A stretch of 64,000 nt of DNA from Macrostomum lignano (lineage: Eukaryota). Location of the stretch: positions 124,001 to 188,000 of the forward strand of contig NIVC01000586.1 of NCBI GenBank assembly GCA_002269645.1, given 5' to 3'. The translations under genes and the position numbers were made by a program. Below are positions 34,343 to 46,844 of the stretch, piece by piece. The stretch's first letter is position 1. Every line of letters starts with the position of its first letter. The notes under the pieces were generated by a model, which had not been told where the DNA came from, ran no database searches, and saw only the letters and a program-made list of their open reading frames with translations.

Positions 34343-37300
34343 CTATGGACGGAGGGTTGGCGCCGCCCAGGGAGGTCCCCCAGTGTCGCCAGCAGCTATG
34401 GTGCTCTCTGGAAAGGAGAGTTCAGCCCTGCGGGTGGCCCGAAGGTAGCGCATGAGCTGATTAAAGTTTTCGGGTTTGCACGCTTCAGTAATAGATGTGT
34501 GTGGCCCGAGGTAAGTGAGTCTGGCCCGCGTGAAGGCGGGACAGATGCTGACGAAATGCTCAGCGGTTTCGTCACCTGAGTTGCAGAAACTACAGGTGGC
34601 GTTGGTGGCGTTGCCCTGCAGGTACTGGTGCCTGGAGAAGCAGCCGTGACCAGAGAGGGTCGTGGTGGCAGCCCGGATGTCTCTGCGCGAGAGGCGCAAG
34701 AGGAGCTTCCGGAGCTGGTGAGAGGGCTGAGGGACAGCGCCTCTGGATTGCCTGCAGTTCGTGCGGTTCGCCCAAGTCGAGCGGTGCTGAGTCCTGATCC
34801 ACGCTTTGATGCGCGAGTCGATGACACAGCCAGGAATCGGGACAAGAGGTTCGGGGCCGAGAGAGGAGCCGGAGGCACCAACTTTTGCAAGGGTGTCAGC
34901 CAACTCATTTCCTCGGATCCCCACATGCCCCGGAACCCACTTAAGGGTAATTTTGTTGGCGGAACCCAACACATTGAGGAGTTTGATACAGTCAAGGACT
35001 GTAGCAGAGTTGGTGCTGCAGCCACTGATGGCGTGCAAGGCAGCTTGGCTGTCCGAATGGAAAATGATGTTCTTACCAGTAACGCCAGTGGCGAGAAGCT
35101 CTGCAGTGCAGGAGCTGATGGCCAGAACTTCATTTTGGAAAACACTGGAGTTGACCCCAGTGTATTGAGCGTGGGTAGCGATGACCCTCCCGTTCAGAAA
35201 GATTCCAACACCAAAGCCGGTGTTGGCTGACTGCTTAGAACCGTCGGTGTAGCAATGAAGCTCACCAGGGTTCCAATGGTCATTGATGTTATCGCGCGAG
35301 TCGATAGCTACGGAGTAGCGCTGTCTCAGGTTGAGCGTTGAGGCAATGCCATCGGTGAAGACGCGATTGGCCTGACACTCGTTGAGAAAGTTGAGGCACA
35401 GATCGCTATGCGGGACAAGGTTCCGCTTAGCAGGTGCTCTCATGTAAATGAATTTGACGCCGGCATCAATTAGACGCCGCGTCGTTCTAGCCGCCTCACC
35501 CCTGATGAAGAGGTCAAGAGGCGGAAGATTAAGAAAGGCCCCCATGCCAGCAAAGGGCGTGGACCTGGTGGCGTTGCAGATGAGCCTACACGCTCTGCCT
35601 TGGATCGTGTTGAGCAGGTCTGCATGGCTTTTGACCTGGGTAGCGCTAACCCAGACAACAGAGGCGTACGTAATGGCAGGTCTAACTACGGAAGTATAGA
35701 TCCACCAAAGCCGCTTTGGGGATAGACCCCAAGAAGTGCCAAGTGCTCGTCGGAGCTGGGCCAGGATGGCTGAGGCACGCTTAGCTTTTGCTTTCACGTG
35801 GAAGGACCAGTTGAGCCGGTGGTCAAGTGTGACCCCGAGACATCTGGTCTGGTGCGCGAAGGCAATATCTCTGCCGTAGAGCTGCAGAGGACGTATGTTC
35901 CAGCGTAGTCTGCTGGTAAACATAATGGCAACGGTTTTGGGCTCAGAGAGTTCCAAACCATTGTCATTGGCCCAGGATTCTGCTTTGCGGATAAAGCTCT
36001 GCATCAGATCCCTGAGCGTGCTGGGAGACGGTCCTGCCACAATGGCCGTGACGTCATCAGCATACCCGACTTTGAAGACGGGGTCAGGTCGGGAGTCACT
36101 CAGAAGAGCGTCCATGACCAGGTTCCAGAGCGTCGGGGTGAGGACTCCGCCTTGGGGTCCACCCTTACAGACTCTGGTGGAGGCAGTTTGCCCAAGAAGT
36201 TGGGCAGTGACCGTACGGTTGGAGATCATGTACATGATCCACCGTATGAGGGTAGCATGAGCTTTGCGATTTTGAAGGGCCCTCTGAAACGCTTCAAAGA
36301 TAACGTTGTCGAAGGCGCCAACAATGTCAAGAAAGAGAGCCAGGGCGTAACCGTCACCCAGTACCGCCCGTTCAATCTTTTCGACAATCGCATGCAGGGC
36401 GCTGTCAGTCGACCTCCCGGTACGGAAGGCGTGCTGATTATTGCTGAGGGGCATCGCTGTCAGCTCGCAGGAGAGCAGCCGCCAGAGAATAAGCCTCTCA
36501 GTGAGCTTAAGCATTGCTGACGTTAAGCTAATTGGCCGGAAGGCCTTGACGCTTTGGTAGTCACCCTTCCCAGGTTTGGGAATAAAGACTACTCGAGCTT
36601 CAGTCCAGCTTTTGGGAACGTATCCCAGCTGGATAGAGGCCCGCATAAGATTGCGGGTGAGTCTCAGGAACGAGGGTATCTTGGCTGCTTCACGAAGGAG
36701 AACAGGGTAGATACCATCAGGTCCAGGAGATTTGAAGGGTTTGAAGGTTCTGACCGCACGAGCGATTAGGTCTTCAGTGACAATGCCCGCCGCTAGGGTG
36801 GCTCCATCCATCGAATGGTTGGGCTCCGGTCTAGCAGTAGGTACCCTCGGGAAGAATGTGCTAAGCATATGCTGAAGCACTTCTTCAGGGTCTTTAGTAA
36901 GAGAGCCATCATCTTTTTTGATCATGGCTAATTTGGACATTTTGTCCATTGTAAGGGCCTTGACAAGCCTAGAAGTAGGTCTGTCTTGATCCAATTCATT
37001 GCAGAATTGGCGCCACTTACATTCCTTGGCCTTGCGCACTTCAGATTTGAAATTGCGGGAGGCTTGCCGGAAAAGCTCCATGTCCTCCGGGTTTCCGGTC
37101 TTCATGGCACGGCGATGAAGGCTTTTGGCCTTCCGCCTGAGTTTCCCCAGCTCCGGGTTCCACCACGGCGCCGAGGTCTTGCCTCTGTAGGCGCGAGCAG
37201 GACAAGCCGCTTCGTAGGCTGCAATAATGCAACCTGTCAGCGTCTCAGCCATATGATCCACATCCTCGCAGGTCTCAATCGGACGTAAGTCCGTGAGTTC

Positions 37301-38083
37301 CTGCAGGTGCAGATCAAGGGCAGCCTTGTAGGCCGCCCAATCAGTGTTGCGGATATTGCGTCTCCAAGTGATCGGAGACTGGGTTTTAGTGTCCGCGATA
37401 TTAAAGGCAATAAAGCAGTGGTCAGACAGGGAGGGCTCCTCAGACCAGACTCTCCACTCCTTGACTCTGTCAAAGAGTCTTGGGGTAACGAGTGTGGCGT
37501 CGAGGACCTCGGTCCATCTGCCATTATTAAAGGTAGGAGTGCTGCCGCGGTTGCAGAGCATGAGGTTTGTGTTAGAGATGAGGGCCAGAAGCTCCTCTCC
37601 TCTAGTGTTGGTATCTTTGCTGCCCCAGTGCTTGTGGTGCGCGTTGAGGTCGCCCCCTAAGCACAGCTCAGCGTTCTGGGACTCGCAGTACTGCGCAAGG
37701 CGCAGTAAACTCTCGGGAGCAGGGTCTCTGTCGCCTGGGATATAAACCGAGGCAACAAGACACGTACGCGGAGAGAAATGATTAGATTGGATGACGCAAA
37801 GGTCTCCATCAGAGAGATCAGTCCTCAGCCAAGCCTGGAGATGGCTAGCAGCGAGGATAGCCGCTCTAGGGCGGCTGTTCCCCGGGCCACACACATAAAA
37901 ATCAGAGTAGCCAGAGGGAATGTTGGGCAACTTACCGTTGCGCATCCAGGGTTCCTGGATCAGGATGAGGCCTGGCCTGTACAGCTCAGCAATCTTCATC
38001 AGATTTACTGACGCAGATACGCAATGCTGTAAATTTATTTGCAGACAGAATGTCGCTCCTTTGGCAGCGTGGAGCTTAGTCAT
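34343..38083 (-). CDS. LINE ORF2, 1246 aa: APE endonuclease - RT - RNase H - CCHC
   Basis: LQINLQH, LIQEPW, GGDLNAHH..WGS, SDH (APE); KSPGPDGI, FRPISLTS, QGGVLTPTLWN, GYADD (RT); YTDGSK, SDSQAAL, WVPGHVGIRGNELAD (RNase H); CSFC....ETAEHFVSIC. No stops. Confidence 0.95.
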   Translation of the reverse strand: MTKLHAAKGATFCLQINLQHCVSASVNLMKIAELYRPGLILIQEPWMRNGKLPNIPSGYSDFYVCGPGNSRPRAAILAASHLQAWLRTDLSDGDLCVIQSNHFSPRTCLVASVYIPGDRDPAPESLLRLAQYCESQNAELCLGGDLNAHHKHWGSKDTNTRGEELLALISNTNLMLCNRGSTPTFNNGRWTEVLDATLVTPRLFDRVKEWRVWSEEPSLSDHCFIAFNIADTKTQSPITWRRNIRNTDWAAYKAALDLHLQELTDLRPIETCEDVDHMAETLTGCIIAAYEAACPARAYRGKTSAPWWNPELGKLRRKAKSLHRRAMKTGNPEDMELFRQASRNFKSEVRKAKECKWRQFCNELDQDRPTSRLVKALTMDKMSKLAMIKKDDGSLTKDPEEVLQHMLSTFFPRVPTARPEPNHSMDGATLAAGIVTEDLIARAVRTFKPFKSPGPDGIYPVLLREAAKIPSFLRLTRNLMRASIQLGYVPKSWTEARVVFIPKPGKGDYQSVKAFRPISLTSAMLKLTERLILWRLLSCELTAMPLSNNQHAFRTGRSTDSALHAIVEKIERAVLGDGYALALFLDIVGAFDNVIFEAFQRALQNRKAHATLIRWIMYMISNRTVTAQLLGQTASTRVCKGGPQGGVLTPTLWNLVMDALLSDSRPDPVFKVGYADDVTAIVAGPSPSTLRDLMQSFIRKAESWANDNGLELSEPKTVAIMFTSRLRWNIRPLQLYGRDIAFAHQTRCLGVTLDHRLNWSFHVKAKAKRASAILAQLRRALGTSWGLSPKRLWWIYTSVVRPAITYASVVWVSATQVKSHADLLNTIQGRACRLICNATRSTPFAGMGAFLNLPPLDLFIRGEAARTTRRLIDAGVKFIYMRAPAKRNLVPHSDLCLNFLNECQANRVFTDGIASTLNLRQRYSVAIDSRDNINDHWNPGELHCYTDGSKQSANTGFGVGIFLNGRVIATHAQYTGVNSSVFQNEVLAISSCTAELLATGVTGKNIIFHSDSQAALHAISGCSTNSATVLDCIKLLNVLGSANKITLKWVPGHVGIRGNELADTLAKVGASGSSLGPEPLVPIPGCVIDSRIKAWIRTQHRSTWANRTNCRQSRGAVPQPSHQLRKLLLRLSRRDIRAATTTLSGHGCFSRHQYLQGNATNATCSFCNSGDETAEHFVSICPAFTRARLTYLGPHTSITEACKPENFNQLMRYLRATRRAELSFPESTIAAGDTGGPPWAAPTLRP

Positions 38084-38122
38084 ACTGTATTAAATGCAAT
38101 ATCTGGCTAGAGCCCAGGGTCA

Positions 38123-38614
38123 TCAAGGAGACTTGGACAACAGATCGTCCTCGTCCCAGGCCGCTGGGGCTTGACTGGGAGATGGGAGTTGGTCGACGTC
38201 CATGGCCTCCTCACCCCCACCGGCCCCCCCAGCAGACTCCTCAGGCTCCGATGACAGGATGGAGGAAGCTTCCTCACCTGCATCTTTACCTTCAGACCCC
38301 ACCAAGGTGGCCGAGGAGAGCTCGGATTCCGAAGACCCGGCCTCGTCCTCAACTCCTTCTCCGACTGGCAGGTTTGGTTCCCGGGGCTCGGCCGGAGCCG
38401 TTACCGCGGTCGCCGAACTGCTGCTAGCAGAGGGGCGAGATGCAGCTTTGGCTTTGGGATCGGCTTGCGCCTTTCCTTGGGCCTTAGACTGCGCCCCGCT
38501 CTTGCCGGAGAGATGCCGGGGTTGGCAGTAGCCTTCCCTTTGGCAGACTTTCCTCGGCGCAACTTGAGCTTGAGGGCACCCAGCTGGAAAGAGGATCCAT
38601 TAGGGTACCGACTC
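38123..38614 (-). pseudogene. C-terminal remnant of LINE ORF1 (basic, then acidic low-complexity tail), one frameshift
   Basis: FQLGALKLKLRRGK.. followed by ..AQGKAQADPK..EDEAGSSES..DEDDLLSKSP* just upstream of the ORF2 ATG. Confidence 0.55.
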
Positions 38615-40194
38615 TCCTCGTGGGCCACCTCAATGTTATTTTGTACTTAACAAAAACTTTTCTACTTTATTTAGCTAAACTAAATCATTATTTTGACTCT
38701 TCTAATTTTCTAATTTTAATTTTCTATTTCTACGAGTAATTTTGAATTACAATTTAAGCATAGGCCCCCATGCCATATAAGTGTGAATTATAGGTTTTAG
38801 CTAAATTTGCACTTAATTTAATTCTTGCAAGAATTTTTGCAATAATAATTCATTTACTAATTGCCTCTAACTTAATTAAAACTAAATTGCAATAGAATTT
38901 GTAACATTTGAATTTTAATATGTGCTTTTCAACATTGATTTTTAATTTGCAATTATTAGTAAAAAGTTACCATTTATTAGTTTCAAACCTATTCCATCAT
39001 TATTAGAAAACAAGATATTAAAGTTAGCATACCAAATAAAAGCTACATAATTATTTATCAGTGATTTTTCTTTTTTATTTACATTGGTAGGCAAATGTTA
39101 GGCCTATATACTAGTAAATACTCCAAAATATCTTAAGTAATAATTTGTTTGACAAGATGTATTGATTCTATGGTGAGTATACAGTGTTTTGGTAAAGTGC
39201 TTTTTATATCAATAAGTTGCTTTTTAGCCATTAAATGTAATTTTAACGGTTGAAAGTAGGTTTTTATAAATAATAAAACAATGGAATGTGGAAGATAAAA
39301 CAAATTTTTCTTTGAAGAAAATGATCAATTTGTAGACTATATTTAAATTCATAATATAATTTTTTTAAGATTATTAACAATATTTTTTATATTTAGAAAA
39401 GTCTGCTATGAATTTTTATCCCATTCAGTGGATTGGTTTATTTGTATTTAATCATTAATAATTTGCAGTGCGGAATAACAAACCAGGCTCTGCTATGTTT
39501 ATAACCATAGATGTACTACTATCTAAGCAACCAGATTAGTCCTAAATTACATCACTAGGCCAAACCATTCAGTTCCAGTAGCAATGCAAACAAACAATAA
39601 CAGCATATCCAGCAGCCTGCATAGTGTACTTACCCGTGGCACTGTGGGTGCCATAAAGCAGGGCAGACTGCCAGTAAACCCGATACTGCAGCTCAATGCT
39701 TGCCAGCAAGTGTCCACCGGCTACCGCCTCACCCTGACTGATGGCGAGCCCCACAGCAGCATTTCATGCATGCTGCCCGCCAGCCTGAACCACCTGGCAT
39801 TGAGCGGCACTCTCAGGCCTGGCTCAGTGCTCAGGCTTGGCAAATGCAAATTCGCTAGCAACCCAGTCAGCACTGCTCAACCTGGGCTTTCATCGCAGCG
39901 AATCTTCATCATTGAGGACTTGCAAGTGATTGAAAGGTACCAGCCGGTGGGCGATGGCTTGCTGCCGCATCCGTCAGGTGTACGCTCGGTTAGCAAGGCT
40001 GCAGCTGCTGCTAATGACACCGACAGCGGCGCGCTCGACTTGAGCCGTGTGAGACCGATAGCTGCACTGAACCCCTACCAGCTGCACTGGACCATCTGCG
40101 GCCGGGTCGTTCAGAAGAGCCAAGTAAGTGACGGGTCCAGTCAGTTTATCCGATTCGAAAGTGTATTCCTGACAAGTTCGTGGGGTACTCGCTG

Positions 40195-43010
40195 TGTCAG
40201 TGCCGGCTACCCCCAGTCCCTCAGGGTCAGCATCCACCCCTCAGTCCCTCAGGGTCAGCAGCTACCCCCAGTCCCTCAGGGTCAGCATCCACCCCTCAGT
40301 CCCTCAGGGTCAGCAGCCACTCCCAGTCCCTCAGTGTCAGCAGCCACCCCAGCCCAGTCCCTCAGTGTCAGCAGCCACCCCAGCCCAGTCCCTCAGTGTC
40401 AGCAGCCACCCCAGCCCAGTCCCTCAGTGTCAGCAGCCACCCCAGCCCAGTCCCTCAGTGTCAGCAGCCACTCCCAGTCCCTCAGTGTCAGCAGCCACCC
40501 CAGCCCAGTCCCTCAGTGTCAGCAGCCACCCCAGCCCAGTCCCTCAGTGTCAGCAGCCACTCCCAGTCCCTCAGTGTCAGCAGCCACCCCAGCCCAGTCC
40601 CTCAGTGTCAGCAGCCACTCCCAGTCCCTCAGTGTCAGCAGCCACTCCCAGTCCCTCAGTGTCAGCAGCCACCCCAGCCCAGTCCCTCAGTGTCAGCATC
40701 CACCCCTCAGTCCCTCAGGGTCAGCAGCCACTCCCAGTCCCTCAGTGTCAGCAGCCACCCCAGCGCAGTCCCTCAGTGTCAGCAGCCACCCCAGCCCAGT
40801 CCCTCAGTGTCAGCAGCCACCCCAGCCCAGTCCCTCAGTGTCAGCAGCCACCCCAGCCCAGTCCCTCAGTGTCAGCAGCCACCCCAGCCCAGTCCCTCAG
40901 TGTCAGCAGCCACTCCCAGTCCCTCAGTGTCAGCAGCCACCCCAGCCCAGTCCCTCAGTGTCAGCAGCCATCCCAGTCCCTCAGTGTCAGCAGCCACTCC
41001 CAGTCCCTCAGTGTCAGCAGCCACCCCAGCCCAGTCCCTCAGTGTCAGCAGCCACTCCCAGTCCCTCAGTGTCAGCAGCCACTCCCAGTCCCTCAGTGTC
41101 AGCAGCCACCCCAGCCCAGTCAGCATCCACCCCTCAGTCCCTCAGGGTCAGCAGCCACTCCCAGTCCCTCAGTGTCAGCAGCCACCCCAGCCCAGTCCCT
41201 CAGTGTCAGCAGCCACCCCAGCCCAGTCCCTCAGTGTCAACAGCCACTCCCAGTCCCTCAGTGTCAGCAGCCACCCCAGCCCAGTCCCTCAGTGTCAGCA
41301 GCCACCCCAGCCCAGTCCCTCAGTGTCAGCAGCCACTCCCAGTCCCTCAGTGTCAGCAGCCACCCCAGCCCAGTCCCTCAGTGTCAGCAGCCATCCCAGC
41401 CCAGTCCCTCAGTGTCAGCAGCCACCCCAGCCCAGTCCCTCAGTGTCAGCAGCCATCCCAGCCCAGTCCCTCAGTGTCAGCAGCCACCCCAGCCCAGTCC
41501 CTCAGTGTAAGCAGCCACCCCAGCCCAGTCCCTCAGTGTCAGCAGCCACTCCCAGTCCCTCAGTGTCAGCAGCCACCCCAGCCCAGTCCCTCAGTGTCAG
41601 CAGCCACCCCAGCCCAGTCCCTCAGTGTCAGCAGCCACCCCAGCCCAGTCCCTCAGTGTCAGCAGCCACCCCAGCCCAGTCCCTCAGTGTCAGCAGCCAC
41701 TCCCAGTCCCTCAGTGTCAGCAGCCACCCCAGCCCAGTCCCTCAGTGTCAGCAGCCACTCCCAGTCCCTCAGTGTCAGCAGCCACTCCCAGTCCCTCAGT
41801 GTCAGCAGCCACCCCAGCCCAGTCAGCATCCACCCCTCAGTCCCTCAGGGTCAGCAGCCACTCCCAGTCCCTCAGTGTCAGCAGCCACCCCAGCCCAGTC
41901 CCTCAGTGTCAGCAGCCACCCCAGCCCAGTCCCTCAGTGTCAGCAGCCACTCCCAGTCCCTCAGTGTCAGCAGCCACCCCAGCCCAGTCCCTCAGTGTCA
42001 GCAGCCACCCCAGCCCAGTCCCTCAGTGTCAGCAGCCACTCCCAGTCCCTCAGTGTCAGCAGCCACCCCAGCCCAGTCCCTCAGTGTCAGCAGCCATCCC
42101 AGCCCAGTCCCTCAGTGTCAGCAGCCACCCCAGCCCAGTCCCTCAGTGTCAGCAGCCATCCCAGCCCAGTCCCTCAGTGTCAGCAGCCACCCCAGCCCAG
42201 TCCCTCAGTGTAAGCAGCCACCCCAGCCCAGTCCCTCAGTGTCAGCAGCCACTCCCAGTCCCTCAGTGTCAGCAGCCACCCCAGCCCAGTCCCTCAGTGT
42301 CAGCAGCCACCCCAGCCCAGTCCCTCAGTGTCAGCAGCCACCCCAGCCCAGTCCCTCAGTGTCAGCAGCCACCCCAGCCCAGTCCCTCAGTGTCAGCAGC
42401 CACCCCAGCCCAGTCCCTCAGTGTCAGCAGCCACCCCAGCCCAGTCCCTCAGTGTCAGCAGCCACTCCCAGTCCCTCAGTGTCAGCAGCCACCCCAGCCC
42501 AGTCCCTCAGTGTCAGCAGCCACCCCAGCCCAGTCCCTCAGTGTCAGCAGCCATCCCAGCCCAGTCCCTCAGTGTCAGCAGCCACCCCAGCCCAGTCCCT
42601 CAGTGTCAGCAGCCATCCCAGCCCAGTCCCTCAGTGTCAGCAGCCACCCCAGCCCAGTCCCTCAGTGTCAGCAGCCACCCCAGCCCAGTCCCTCAGTGTC
42701 AGCAGCCATCCCAGCCCAGTCCCTCAGTGTCAGCAGCCACCCCAGCCCAGTCCCTCAGTGTCAGCAGCCACCCCAGCCCAGTCCCTCAGTGTCAGCAGCC
42801 ACTCCCAGTCCCTCAGTGTCAGCAGCCACTCCCAGTCCCTCAGTGTCAGCAGCCACCCAGCCCAGTCCCTCAGTGTCAGCAGCCACTCCCAGCCCAGTCC
42901 CTCAGTGTCAGCAGCCACCCCAGCCCAGTCCCTCAGTGTCAGCAGCCACCCAGCCCAGTCCCTCAGTGTCAGCAGCCACTCCCAGTCCCTCAGTGTCAGC
43001 AGCCACCCCA
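40195..43010. repeat. 27/31-bp C-rich minisatellite (CCCTCAGTGTCAGCAGCC core) filling RPA1 intron 1, with a 703-bp higher-order duplication
   Basis: Direct reading. The TGTAA variant occurs at 41506 and 42209, and the AGCATCCACCCC variant recurs at the same 703-bp spacing. Confidence 0.96.
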
Positions 43011-43272
43011 ACACTGCACCCCATTCCCATTCCCATCACAACGCGGATTCACAGCTGCGCACCTACCTGAACCGCAACGGCGAGGGCCGCTTGTTCAACT
43101 TTGCACTGGCCGACGGCAGCGGCGCCCTAAGAGCGGTGGCTTTCCAGGCCCTGGCCGAGCGCTTCTTCAACAGCGTTGAGGTCGGCAGCGCTGTGGCCGT
43201 CAGTCGGGGCCGACTGCGATCGAAGACTGGCAGGTTTGGAGGTAATTGTGAGTATTACTATTTCTCTACTGA

Positions 43273-43578
<306 letters not shown>

Positions 43579-43604
43579 TGAGTGACAGATTGTGACCATT
43601 GAAC

Positions 43605-44250
43605 AATTAAACAATGCCCAATCCCCACATCCCGATGCCCAATCCCCACATCCCAATGCCCAATCCCCACATCCCAATGCCCAATCCCCACATCCCGATG
43701 CCCAATCCCCACATCCCGATGCCCAATACCCACATCCCGATGCCCAATCTTCAAATCCCGATGCCCAATCCCCACATCCCAATTCCCAATCCCCACATCC
43801 CGATGCCTAATCCCCACATCCCAATTCCCAAACCCCAAATCCCGATGCCCAATCCCCACATCCCGATGCCCAATCCCCACATCCCAATGCCCAATCCCCA
43901 CATCCCAATGCCCAATCCCCACATCCCGATGCCCAATACCCACATCCCGATGCCCAATCTTCAAATCCCGATGCCCAATCCCCACATCCCAATTCCCAAA
44001 CCCCACATCCCGATGCCCAATCTTCAAATCCCGATGCCCAATCCCCACATCCCAATTCCCAATCCCCACATCCCGATGCCCAATCCCCACATCCCAATTC
44101 CCAAACCCCAAATCCCGATGCCCAATCCCCACATCCCGATGCCCAATCCCCAAATCCCGATGCCCAATCCCCACATCCCAAGCCCAATCCCCACATCCCG
44201 ATACCCGATCTCCAAATCCTGACCCCCAGTCTCCAAATCCCAATCTTAAT
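43605..44250. repeat. 21-bp (7-bp based) minisatellite CCCAATCCCCACATCCCGATG in RPA1 intron 3
   Basis: Direct reading. Confidence 0.95.
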
Positions 44251-45644
44251 CCCCATCCAGTTTCGTTGACATCTGTGGCGTGCTGCTGGAGGCCTCGGAC
44301 TGCCAGACGATCACTCCGGGCCGCCAGTCCTCCGCCGCTGGCCGCAGCCGCCGCGGCGCCAGGGAGACCGTCAAGCGGGACCTGACGCTGGCGGATCAGA
44401 CCGGCTGGTCAGTCCGCTGCACCCTGTGGGGCGCCGAGGCCTCCAACTTCAGCCCGGCTGTGGCCGGCGGCCAGACCCACCCTGTCGTGGCCATCCGCTC
44501 CGCCCGGGTCTCGGACTTCGCCGGCCGCCGGTCGCTGAACGTATCGACTGGCACCAGCCAGCTGATGGTTGAGCCGGCCTGGCTGCCGGAGACCGAGCAG
44601 CTGTGAGACTGGTTCCGGCGGGTGGGCTGTCGGATGGCCGGCTTTCGCGGCTTCGAGCTTCGAGCTGGCAGCGGCATCGGCGGCGGCGGCTTCAGAGCTG
44701 GCGACAGCAGCGATGGCGGAGCTCTCCACAGCCTCCGGGACATCGTCAGCGGCCTGGGCCGCTCTGGGGTCGGCGGCGGCGGCTTCAGCTGCATTGCCAC
44801 AGTCTGCTGCTTCAGGCGGGAGAGCTGCGTGTACAAGGTGGGTGCCGCAGTGTGGGGCTGGCTTAGTCAAATAATTTTCCTTTAGTCGCCGCTCCCAGAC
44901 AATCCCCACCTGCCCTGGTTCGCCCCGATTTCCAGGCCTGCCTGCAGCCCGGCTGCAACAAGAAAGTGGAGCAGTCGGACTCGGGCCTGTACCAGTGCAG
45001 CAAGTGCCAGGCGGCCAACCCGAGCTTCAAATGGCGCTACATACTCAGCGTGAACGTGGCTGACCACTCCTGCAGCAAGTGGGCCACCTGCTTCGAAGTG
45101 AGTGGGGATTGTGAAGAGTTTAAGGGATTGTGAAGAGTTTGGGGATTGTGAAGAGTGGGGATTGTGAAGTGTGTTGATGAGAAGCGCACCTCCTACAATC
45201 ACATTTCACTGATAAATGTGCTAAAAGGAGCCCCATGGTGCAAATATCTGGCACACTTGAATGGAAAGCATTGTCCGGGCCCTTGTTGACCTCCCAGGAC
45301 ACCGCCGAGAAGCTGCTTGGCGTCAGCGCGGACAATTTCGGCCAGATGCTGCACGGCCCGGCCGAGGCCAAGGCCGAAGCCATGTCCGTGTTTAACGCCC
45401 TCGCCGGGCAGGCGCTGGCGCTCCGCCTGCGCGTCCGCATGCAGCAGTTTAATGACCAGCTGCGCCAGCAACTCGTGGTTCAGGACGTCCGCCCGCTGAA
45501 CTTTGTCAGCGACTGCCGGGCGATGATTCGCCAGATTGAGGCCGAGTACGGCCTGGGCTGAGCCGGCTGGCCACTTTCCGACTTGTTGCCATGGTTACAG
45601 CTTGTTCAGCTTGTTTCAGTTATTTTTGATGGCGGAGGATTGTG

Positions 45645-45910
45645 AGGATTCAGATCCCACATAATCCCAAATGTAAGGATTAAAATCCCACATGATCCCA
45701 AATGTGAGGATTCTAAATCCCAGATCCCAAATGTGAGGATTCTAAATCTCAGATGATCCCAAATGTGAGGATTCTAAATCCCAGATGATCCCAAATGTGA
45801 GGATTCTAAATCTCAGATGATCCCAAATTGGAGGATTCTAAATCTCAGATGATCCCAAATTGGAGGATTCTAAATCTCAGATGATCCCAAATTTGAGGAT
45901 TCTAAATCCC
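45645..45910. repeat. ~29-bp repeat GATCCCAAATGTGAGGATTCTAAATCTCA downstream of the RPA1 stop
   Basis: Direct reading, about 9 imperfect copies. Confidence 0.85.
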
Positions 45911-46844
45911 TATAACAGATAAGGACACTAAAATCAGGCACCCGATACAGTAAAAAGTCATTAAGACAGACTGTTCAGAGAGTTCAGCTGCAGAGGCATT
46001 TCCCATGTTTTTTGTTAATTTTCTGTTACCATTTTTTGTTTTTTTTTGTCGTTTTCCGAGTGCTCAAAACTTTTTCTGCTTCTAGTTTTTCTCGGCGCGG
46101 CATTTTGCCAGTTTTCTATCTCATTTTTCCAAAGTTTTCTTCAATAAACTTGAGCAGCTGTTTGGCCAGCCTCTTTGCAAACTGGCTACATCTCTCAAGA
46201 TGAAAGCGCTGTGCATTTTGCCTATTGGCAATTTCTGGCTCATAGAATTTGTGGACGTATTGGGAAGTTTTAATTGCTTCAGCTCATTTGATCTCTATAT
46301 ACATGTGGGAGTTCGCACTTAAGGACTCGCTCACATCAGCTCACTTCCTGGTGCACTCACTGCTCAGGCAATCATCCAGATTCGGCTTCTCTGTCTTTTG
46401 TGAATTGGAACTCAGGCTCTCAGTCTCAGCTTAGTCTACATATGCGTTAGGCTAACCGCGTCCAACTATGCTTAACTTTCTGGGGTGGGACTGGCGGACC
46501 GTTCAAGCTGAATACTCGCACATGTACAGACAGACAGTCGAACTTGTCCCGTAAACGATCACGCCAAACACTAAAGCTAAAAGTTAAAGCATACATGTAC
46601 ATGTAAATGCAAAAATTGTAATATTCCAGTGCCCCAGAGGCTGAGGTTACGAGCTATTTGAATCAACCCCTGCCCTCGCAATAATCTGACAATGGTGCTG
46701 GTTCTGGATGTCAATTGATTAGCAACTCGCTCCTAGTGGCAATCTAAAATAATTTGGCGTGGCTGCTCTCCTGAGCAGTGATTCTAAATTTAGCTTTCTG
46801 TGGAACTTGCACTATATATAGACAAATGAAGGCCCACTGGGGCA

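Larger units (their letters stand above)
34244..38614 (-). mobile_element. 5'-truncated non-LTR retrotransposon (LOA/Lian-like, R1/I group) with perfect 12-bp TSD TCCTCGTGGGCC (34232-34243 and 38615-38626)
   Basis: TSD read directly; TAAGTCAAGTAAGTCAA tail at the 3' end; intact ORF2 plus the C-terminal remnant of ORF1. The clade is assigned from domain order and recalled motifs. Confidence 0.9.
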
